NCBI GenBank assembly: GCA_965263355.1
Contig: CBDHHL010000045.1
Coordinates: 38,077 to 102,076 of the forward strand
Direction of reading: 5' to 3'
DNA from: Leptolyngbyaceae cyanobacterium
GTDB lineage: Bacteria > Cyanobacteriota > Cyanobacteriia > Phormidesmidales > Phormidesmidaceae
Length of the DNA: 64,000 nt
The notes beneath the pieces were generated by a model that did no database searches, was not told the origin of the DNA, and saw only the letters and a list, made by a program, of their open reading frames with translations. Positions 46,678 to 53,609 of the stretch are shown piece after piece (the first letter of the stretch is position 1; the number at the start of each line of letters is the position of its first letter). Position numbers and translations under genes: made by a program.

Positions 46678-47370
46678 TTACAATGGCTGATTGTCACTAA
46701 CGACAAACGTAACTAAAGAGTCACGATCAACTGGGTTTAAGTCTCTGCCTAGATTTATCCACAGGGAATCATCAAAAACATATAAATCGGCCCATTGCGC
46801 CATTGTTGCGATTATTCCCATCGCACCTTCGTCTCGCTGAAGCTTCCAACCGTCGCCATTGTCGTCGCTCTGGTGGTCATACCAAAGATTTTTGTTTGAT
46901 GCTCGCCAGTAGTTAATGGCAAACTGTATAACCCGTGGCTTTTCCCTGTTTAAGATCTCTAAATCAGATTCAATCCATGGGAGATATTCTTCTGAATAGC
47001 TAGGGAAATTAATAGTTAAACCGCCAATTGTGCATGTGCGATTAACAATGCCGCTGATACCAGCTATTTCTTGAATAGCAAAAACACTACGCTCTTTGGC
47101 CCACTTTCGATCAAGGTTTCGCTTCCATTCATCCTGCAATCGATGCAGCATTTCGGGAGTTTTTTCGATTTCAAGCAAAGTCAACTCTAGGTCTGTCTTT
47201 TGATGCAGCAATGGGTCAATGTTGCCGGTCGCTTCGCCAAATGCTGCATACAGCCCAGCAGTTGCCAAGGCGTGTATTACGTCGCAATTATGACCGTTGA
47301 TTCGTTGGTGCCATTGAGAGATTCTATCTAGAGTGGCCAATAGTCGAGTGGGTGTGATTTGCTTAGTCAT
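46678..47370 (-). CDS. hypothetical phage protein
   Basis: 230 aa, operonic. Confidence 0.65.
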   Translation of the reverse strand: MTKQITPTRLLATLDRISQWHQRINGHNCDVIHALATAGLYAAFGEATGNIDPLLHQKTDLELTLLEIEKTPEMLHRLQDEWKRNLDRKWAKERSVFAIQEIAGISGIVNRTCTIGGLTINFPSYSEEYLPWIESDLEILNREKPRVIQFAINYWRASNKNLWYDHQSDDNGDGWKLQRDEGAMGIIATMAQWADLYVFDDSLWINLGRDLNPVDRDSLVTFVVSDNQPL

Positions 47371-47372
47371 AA

Positions 47373-48173
47373 CTATGCGACCTCCAATGTTTCAGAATCG
47401 CTCTTTAGCACATCCAGAATTGAGCGATACCAAAAGAGTTGGTCTTTATCTGACCTGCTATTGGTTGAGACTGGCTTGCGATCGCTATAGGGCTTACCTT
47501 TCTCAGTGGCAGACCATTTGTTGTCAATCTTTTCTTGATAGCCCAACGTTGCCAGCATGGTATTAACCGCCTGAGGATTGGGATTGCCTGTTTTGTATTT
47601 GAAACCTAGCTCTTTAGCGATTTGAGTAGGCGTGAGAAGTGCTTCGGCAGACTTGAGAGATGACCGTTCTTTGGCTGGGATCTCTGGAAGCGTAAGTTGT
47701 GGATAGTGCTTTTTTATATTTTGAGCCAAAAGTGACTCTTCGTAAGCTGCCCCATGACGTTTCCCAAGGATAAAAGCAACCTTGTCAATCTCTTCAAGTG
47801 ATGCAGCTGGCAAAGCTGTTTCTATGGTTTGTAGCTCTTTCTCGATAAGCAGTGTTTTAGCTTTTTCAAATGCTTCAACTAAATTAAACTTGCATTCTAC
47901 AACTTGCTCCGTATTTCTACTGAGCGTCATTATCACTGTAGCTTGAGGTTCATTTAGCAAGGCATAAACTGTTTCATTCTTTGCCCCGACAGTGTTTGTT
48001 ACAGTCCCGATTTCAAATCGGAGGTGTCCAAAACGGGACTCAATCAACTCTCTATACTTTCTGACTGTTCGTATAAAACTTTCATGTTTTATGCCTAGCT
48101 GCACTGCTATCAGCCTAGAGTCAACTACTATTTCACCGTCACGATTAAATGCTGTAATATTTGTATCAGCCAT
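47373..48173 (-). CDS. Rha-family phage regulatory/antirepressor protein
   Basis: VVDSRLIA..GIKH, LNEPQAT..SRNTEQVVECKFNLVEAF; C-terminal LTPTQIAKELG..VN.ML...GYQ. Confidence 0.85.
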   Translation of the reverse strand: MADTNITAFNRDGEIVVDSRLIAVQLGIKHESFIRTVRKYRELIESRFGHLRFEIGTVTNTVGAKNETVYALLNEPQATVIMTLSRNTEQVVECKFNLVEAFEKAKTLLIEKELQTIETALPAASLEEIDKVAFILGKRHGAAYEESLLAQNIKKHYPQLTLPEIPAKERSSLKSAEALLTPTQIAKELGFKYKTGNPNPQAVNTMLATLGYQEKIDNKWSATEKGKPYSDRKPVSTNSRSDKDQLFWYRSILDVLKSDSETLEVA

Positions 48174-48262
48174 AGTTTAGCCCTTTTCTAAATTGTGGTT
48201 AAGCAGCTGTCAGCACTTCCAATACTGTCAGCTGCTGCCAATCATAGCATTTCTACTGATGC

Positions 48263-49996
48263 TCAACTAGCTTTAAGCATCTTCAAGCCATTGTTCTTGT
48301 GGTTCTTAGCAGCGTTAGTGTCTGCGTTTTGTTTTTCATTGAATAAATCACATTGTTTATTCAAACAAATAAACGTATCTTGAATAGGTCTAATGCCTTT
48401 CTCCCCACAACAATGACAGCGTTGGGAGGAGTATCTAGCTTCGGCTTCTGTATATGTTTTTCCGGCTTCTTTTAATTTAGATTTTGTCTTAGCTCTAAGA
48501 TCTCCCATGCAAGCTGTTTTCAAAGATCTGTTCAATCCTGCCTTAGCTGCTCTGCCGTTTTGCTCGTAATAACTTCCATCTTCAGCTAATTTAGGCGTTG
48601 TCTGTCTTGCCATGTTAGTTAACGCTGTGGCCTCCCAGGCGATGACATCATAAGTTCTTGCTAACCTGGTTGATAACTTATGATTAAACGCGTTTGAACT
48701 ATTAGCAGCTCGTTCATGCAGCCTGGATATTTTATCTCTAAGTTTTTGCTCGTTATTAGTGGCTTCACGCTGCCCACGCTTCCATATTTGGTCTAGCCGC
48801 TTATCATTTTTTTCAGTCATAATGTCAAGCTTTGATTGCAGCTTTTCAATATGATTTTGTATGCGTTCTCGGCTTTCGTTAGGATTAAATAAATGACCTT
48901 CGTCAGTCGCTACAATTGCCTTAATCCCAGGGTCAATGCCCGCCATATGCCCGGTTCGTTTAGCGCATTTTGAGTCTTCTATTAGCAAGTATGGCAACTC
49001 ATTCTCTATTGACTTTTTCTTGGCTAATGCCGCTTGATATTCTTCACTGTTAGCTAATGCCTTAGTTTGTTCTTTCTTCCCTTTAATGCTATCAAGAACT
49101 TTTTTCTTGATGGCGCTTAAAACTTTCCCTTGATTATTAAGTTTTGCTCTATGTTCTACTTCTGCTTCACTTTGAGCAATTAAGCATAAATAGAAGCCGC
49201 TCGGCTTTAATGTCAACTTATAAGTCTTTGTTACGTAGCCTTCAAGCCTTTTTTTATAGCTGCGATCGCACGGCTCTAAAACTAAGCCTTGACCGTTGAA
49301 TTGTCCTTTTTTGAACGGGATAGTTTTTTGATTATTGTTCAACGTGCTAATTTTACGTTGCTTGCCGTCCTTATGCTTTGGCTGCTTTCTGGCGAGCAGT
49401 TTCCCGTCTAAATAAGCCTTCCAAGCAACTTCAAAGTCAGCTAGTAGCCCTCCAACAAAATCGCTATGGCAAGTTAATTCATCAAGACCCTGAGAACTTC
49501 GTGACGCATTTAGTAACGCCATATTGTCTAGGCCCCAACCTTTTCCTTTTAGCTCGCGGGTTATTGAGGTGCTTTTACTGGAACGGGTTATTGAGGTGCT
49601 TTTACTGGAATAAGAGACTTCGCGATATCTATGACGCTCTGGCTTTATTGGCTCATATGGCTTATCCCCAGCCACTAATTCATAGCCTTGTTTCGTTTTG
49701 CCATCGCCATAGTGAATTAAAGGAGCTTTATCTGATTTCTTAAAATATGGCCCTCCTTTAGCAATCTGACAAGCTGCTCCAATCCATCCGCCATTCTTTG
49801 AAAAGCGTAGCGGCGTTTTAATGCAGCCTGACAAGTCAACGCCTTTTTTTTCGGCCCATTCATACCATTCAAGGCAATGATTATGTAAGGCTACGGCCCT
49901 CACATAGTTCCATAGCCATTCAAGTTCTTTGCAAATTTTCTCGTATTTAATTAGCGTCTCTGGAGTTGGCTGAACTTTTACTTTAATTGTCTTCAT
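48263..49996 (-). CDS. TnpB-derived type V (Cas12f/C2c8-like) RNA-guided nuclease
   Basis: RuvC-I GIDPG, RuvC-II IAWEA, zinc finger CHCC..C..C, RuvC-III NADTNAAKN. 577 aa, next to a CRISPR array, no IS right end seen. Confidence 0.8.
   Translation of the reverse strand: MKTIKVKVQPTPETLIKYEKICKELEWLWNYVRAVALHNHCLEWYEWAEKKGVDLSGCIKTPLRFSKNGGWIGAACQIAKGGPYFKKSDKAPLIHYGDGKTKQGYELVAGDKPYEPIKPERHRYREVSYSSKSTSITRSSKSTSITRELKGKGWGLDNMALLNASRSSQGLDELTCHSDFVGGLLADFEVAWKAYLDGKLLARKQPKHKDGKQRKISTLNNNQKTIPFKKGQFNGQGLVLEPCDRSYKKRLEGYVTKTYKLTLKPSGFYLCLIAQSEAEVEHRAKLNNQGKVLSAIKKKVLDSIKGKKEQTKALANSEEYQAALAKKKSIENELPYLLIEDSKCAKRTGHMAGIDPGIKAIVATDEGHLFNPNESRERIQNHIEKLQSKLDIMTEKNDKRLDQIWKRGQREATNNEQKLRDKISRLHERAANSSNAFNHKLSTRLARTYDVIAWEATALTNMARQTTPKLAEDGSYYEQNGRAAKAGLNRSLKTACMGDLRAKTKSKLKEAGKTYTEAEARYSSQRCHCCGEKGIRPIQDTFICLNKQCDLFNEKQNADTNAAKNHKNNGLKMLKAS
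49557..49610. repeat. perfect 27-bp tandem duplication inside the nuclease gene
   Basis: CGGGTTATTGAGGTGCTTTTACTGGAA twice (SSKSTSITR twice). Confidence 0.95.
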
Positions 49997-50159
49997 TGTT
50001 TTGTGCGTCTATTTTCGGGAGTTCTGGCAGCATATCAATAAAGCGTTCCAATAGGTCAGCGATCGATATATTCCAAAGCTTACAATATTGCTCTAGCTTT
50101 TGTTTGCGACTTTGCTTGATGCGGGCGTAAATCCTGCCTTCTCTATTCTCTTTCCCCAT
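49983..50159 (-). CDS. 58-aa ribbon-helix-helix protein upstream of the nuclease (not in ORF track)
   Basis: MGKENREGRIYARIKQSRKQKLEQYCKLWNISIADLLERFIDMLP; overlaps the nuclease start by 14 nt. Confidence 0.7.
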   Translation of the reverse strand: MGKENREGRIYARIKQSRKQKLEQYCKLWNISIADLLERFIDMLPELPKIDAQNNEDN

Positions 50160-50175
50160 TTATATTAAAAAATGC

Positions 50176-50205
50176 TTGACGTACAAAATCATAGCACGCT
50201 AATAT
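50176..50205 (+). promoter_or_regulatory. promoter for the ncRNA/CRISPR transcript
   Basis: TTGACG-N18-TAATAT. Confidence 0.7.
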
Positions 50206-50211
50206 AAGGAC

Positions 50212-50464
50212 ATCGCAGTTTGGGCGACAAGGCAGCGAAAACGTTGTTGGATGGCTTCAGCGCTAAGGCTCTTTAGGGGGCTATGGGCATCTTTTGTTGG
50301 GAAATCAACAAACACCAGCCGAAAGGCAAGATAGGAGCAAAAGGAGTCCGTAAGGCCCTTATAGATTCGCCGGATCTATGGCGAACAGTCTCATCTTTTT
50401 TTTGGCATCGCTTAGCTTTGCCAAAAAAAACAACCTTGAAAAACAGGGATTAAAGCTTTGGCAG
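50212..50464 (+). ncRNA. putative tracrRNA-like structured RNA
   Basis: Non-coding with several hairpins; ends in anti-repeat AACAGGGATTAAAGCTTTGGCAG (50442-50464), complementary to repeat nt 2-24. Confidence 0.65.
50431..50444 (+). promoter_or_regulatory. boxA-like antitermination motif
   Basis: CAACCTTGAAAAAC resembles cyanobacterial rrn boxA (GAACCTTGAAAA). Confidence 0.55.
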
Positions 50465-50534
50465 GATTGCCATTTTCTGAGCTTTGCCAGAATCGCTCAT
50501 AAAGCCTTGCTGCTAAAGGGATGCAGCTCATGCA

Positions 50535-51020
50535 GCTGCTAAAGCTTTAATCCCTGCTAAGGGACTGAAACTTAGCCCTGATGAGGTTGAGGTTATCCAG
50601 CGAAAACGGCTGCTAAAGCTTTAATCCCTGTTAAGGGACTGAAACTGCTTACTGGTTGGGTTACGACGGTCTGAGGTGTCGCTGCTAAAGCTTTAATCCC
50701 TATTAAGGGGCTGAAACGTAGGGAACTTTAAGCGGGCTGTACTCAGGCTCTGCTGCTAAAGCTTTAATCCCTGCTAAGGGGCTGAAACAAGAGACTGAAA
50801 CTCGTATGCCCTACCAATTTTAACGCGGGCGTGTAAAACTGCTAAAGCTTTAATCCCTGCTAAGAGACTGAAACTTTTCCAAGGGTTATGTCACCCTAGC
50901 ATTAGACGAGGGCTGCTAAAGCTTTAATCCCTGTTAAGGGACTGAAACCGTTGCATAATGTCGGGCTCGCTGAACTCTTCCAGGCTGCTAAAGCTTTAAT
51001 CCCTTAACAGGGACTGAAAC
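50535..51020 (+). CRISPR. CRISPR array, 7 repeats (37 bp) and 6 spacers (34-37 bp)
   Basis: GCTGCTAAAGCTTTAATCCCTGYTAAGGGACTGAAAC at 50535, 50609, 50681, 50752, 50838, 50912, 50984. Confidence 0.97.
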
Positions 51021-52173
51021 TAAGCTCAATATGAGCCATATGATCAGGCTGGCTGTCCGCTATCGATTTCGCTTGTTGCTCAATAAATTCAGCATCAACA
51101 GATATGGGGCACGGCTCAATCTTGACATCAAAGTTATTTATCAACGCTTCATAAACCATCGGATTTATGCCCGTCTCAACATTAATTAGTTCATCCAGCG
51201 AAGCGAAGCTATCAAGACATTGATTGCCTTGATAGTGGCTTCCACAGTCGCCCATAGTCTTTATATGGCGTCCCCCAGCGATGACATTACGGACTACTTG
51301 AGCGGTCGTATCTTTTTCTGTAAATTCGCCCGCGTCACAGGTGCGCGCATTGCCAGCAAGCGTGTTGTTTTTTACGGCATTAATTCGGCTGTCATTCCCC
51401 TTAACAGTATTCAGGCCAATTCCAGACTTGCCATTAAACACGCTGAGATTGTCTTTAATTAGTAGATTGCCCCGGTAGATGCCCGTATCATTTTGGAAAT
51501 GAATGCCGTTCCCTTCATCTAAGGCCATGGTTGCGAAACCCTTAGAGAACACTCGTGAGATTACATTGCATTGGTTTCCAAATACCAGATTCTCAGAGAT
51601 TTCATACAACGTTTCCGGCGGTCCTTTTGGCTGACTATTGGCAATGCCATGGCTGCCGCTAATCGAATACCAGCAATTATGGTAAATGACATTACCTTTA
51701 ATCAGATGAGAGTGCCCATCTTTGTTGGATATTCCCGCCCCTGGAAAATGATGGATCTTACATCCCTGAATTTTGATGTTTGAGCAATTGTTTAATGCGA
51801 TGCCCCGTCCTGTTATTTGAAGCGGCGCATTATGCCACCATAAAGACAATGCATAGTCTAGGTCTAAATCCTGGCTGTGGCCTACAAACTCTATATCACT
51901 GATATAAACGTGATTGGAGTTTTTTATCGCTAAACCATTCACGTCGGATATGACCTTCACAGGGCCATCACCAAACGGCATTATCTTAATTGGAGTTTCG
52001 GCTGTTCCTTTTAGCCCACTAGCAAAAAAAGCATTTCCACGGGTCCGTGTTTCCCATGAAGTGTTGTATTCTTCATGCTGATAAACGCCAGACTTTAGCA
52101 GGATACGATCGCTTGCCTCAACAACTTTAAGCGCACTTTGAAATTGATCTGATGTCTCGATGATGTATCTCAT
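51004..52173 (-). CDS. right-handed parallel beta-helix (pectin lyase-like) protein
   Basis: Repeated I.GN..Y.N / G.GI turns; last codons lie inside CRISPR repeat 7. Confidence 0.85.
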   Translation of the reverse strand: MRYIIETSDQFQSALKVVEASDRILLKSGVYQHEEYNTSWETRTRGNAFFASGLKGTAETPIKIMPFGDGPVKVISDVNGLAIKNSNHVYISDIEFVGHSQDLDLDYALSLWWHNAPLQITGRGIALNNCSNIKIQGCKIHHFPGAGISNKDGHSHLIKGNVIYHNCWYSISGSHGIANSQPKGPPETLYEISENLVFGNQCNVISRVFSKGFATMALDEGNGIHFQNDTGIYRGNLLIKDNLSVFNGKSGIGLNTVKGNDSRINAVKNNTLAGNARTCDAGEFTEKDTTAQVVRNVIAGGRHIKTMGDCGSHYQGNQCLDSFASLDELINVETGINPMVYEALINNFDVKIEPCPISVDAEFIEQQAKSIADSQPDHMAHIELSFSPC

Positions 52174-52176
52174 TGA

Positions 52177-52812
52177 TTAGCTCCCGAAAAAACCTGCATT
52201 ACTTGCATCAAACGCAAAGATAGGACTTGCCCTAATAGACTCCGCAACAGTTTCTTTGTTTGCCATGACTCTATCAAAGCCAAAGGCTACATATCCAAAT
52301 ATATCCCCATTCTGAGCCAATATAGGACAGGAGATAGTTAGCTGAATATTATTTGGTTCTAGCTGCTGTCTCAATAGACCCTCTGGGAGATCCTGAGTAG
52401 GCTTAACCCAGCATTGACCTAACTTATGATAATCAAGTTGCTCTAGATATATGTCCTCTTGCTGGATGTCCAGCCATCCATATGTTGCGGACACAGGCAC
52501 TCCGATCCGTGCGATCGCAAAACTAAAACGTCGACGTTGGTCCTCGTCGTACAAAAATGACCCTACCCATTGAGCGTTCAGCCTATCGCCCATGGAGGTT
52601 ATTACGTCCTCGATGCTTTGTTGATATATAAGGCCTCTAGCAATGCCCTGTGCTATAGAACCAGGCGTTTTGATTTGCAAGCAAGCCTCGCTAAACTGAG
52701 TATGACTCGTCCAGAAAAGAACTAGGCCAAAAAATAACCCAATCGATGCGATTATGCACGCCCGACCCAATTGTGTTCTAAGGAATGGAAACAATGCTCT
52801 ATCGTTTCGCAT
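52177..52812 (-). CDS. membrane protein with GAF/Cache-like sensor domain
   Basis: N-terminal TM; ISCPILAQNGDIFGYVAFGF. Confidence 0.6.
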   Translation of the reverse strand: MRNDRALFPFLRTQLGRACIIASIGLFFGLVLFWTSHTQFSEACLQIKTPGSIAQGIARGLIYQQSIEDVITSMGDRLNAQWVGSFLYDEDQRRRFSFAIARIGVPVSATYGWLDIQQEDIYLEQLDYHKLGQCWVKPTQDLPEGLLRQQLEPNNIQLTISCPILAQNGDIFGYVAFGFDRVMANKETVAESIRASPIFAFDASNAGFFGS

Positions 52813-53545
52813 TAGGAGTTTTGCTATCTATTGACTTTTCATTAGCCATGTCCTTAGCCTTTGATACAATCCCAACAGCTGCACCGGTTGCATTAACGAG
52901 CGCCCCGATCACTAGGATCGTAGCGTCTCTGCCAAAAGACATCAGTTCCGTTGGCACTCGCCTAAAAATACTTAATAAAAATGGGGTCAGATAGAAAAAA
53001 ACACCCGCATAGATCAGCCACTTAACGACAAGTTCTTGTAGCTCAGACTGGCGCAATTGAACTTGCATATCCTTGTTGGACGCTTTTAGTTCTTTATTGG
53101 ATTTCTCCAATTGCAAGATCAAATCTCGTTCCTGTTGCTCTTGCTCCTTTATTTGTTCTTCTTGGCGTAAATATTCTGTGCGGTCTCGAACGACTTCGCC
53201 TACATAGGTTTCTCCTTCGTGATTGACAATAAATAGTCGTAGCCAGATAGGGATCTGTCGTCCCATTCGTGTTTTGCCAAATAGCGGAGCTTCAGAACCC
53301 ATATCACGGGTCCTCTGCCCACGTAGAAACGCGTCATACATTCTGTCATGAGCGCTTTCTGATATAAGAGATTCAGGAACCAAACTGTAGACTTTCAAGC
53401 CAACCATTGCCGTTGGATTTTCGTACTCAAAAAGTCTAGCCGCTGCTGGGTTAGCAAGGACTATTTTGCGTTGTGAATTCCCAAAGATGACGGGATCAGG
53501 ATTGAATTCAAATCCAGCTCTTGCTAATGCTGCGTCAGGCATCAA
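52799..53545 (-). CDS. PAS domain + coiled coil + two C-terminal TM helices
   Basis: IVLANPAAARLFEY..VG..V..LVP..VVRDRTE. Confidence 0.75.
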   Translation of the reverse strand: MMPDAALARAGFEFNPDPVIFGNSQRKIVLANPAAARLFEYENPTAMVGLKVYSLVPESLISESAHDRMYDAFLRGQRTRDMGSEAPLFGKTRMGRQIPIWLRLFIVNHEGETYVGEVVRDRTEYLRQEEQIKEQEQQERDLILQLEKSNKELKASNKDMQVQLRQSELQELVVKWLIYAGVFFYLTPFLLSIFRRVPTELMSFGRDATILVIGALVNATGAAVGIVSKAKDMANEKSIDSKTPNAKR

Positions 53546-53609
53546 ATTAAACCATTTTTAGTTCAATAATCCATAGTCTCTCTATTATCACACCCTGGTT
53601 TTCAGAAGA

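Noticed and set aside
48200..48240. Hairpin after the nuclease stop as a TnpB omegaRNA/right end
   Set aside because: It lacks an IS200/605 right-end motif and sits in the leader of the Rha gene; more likely that gene's regulatory structure.
50396..50430. Intrinsic terminator
   Set aside because: The T-run is 5' of the stem on both strands, so there is no U-tail after the hairpin.
48263..51020. Cas12k/CAST interpretation
   Set aside because: RuvC catalytic residues are intact and no tnsB/tnsC/tniQ are in the window.
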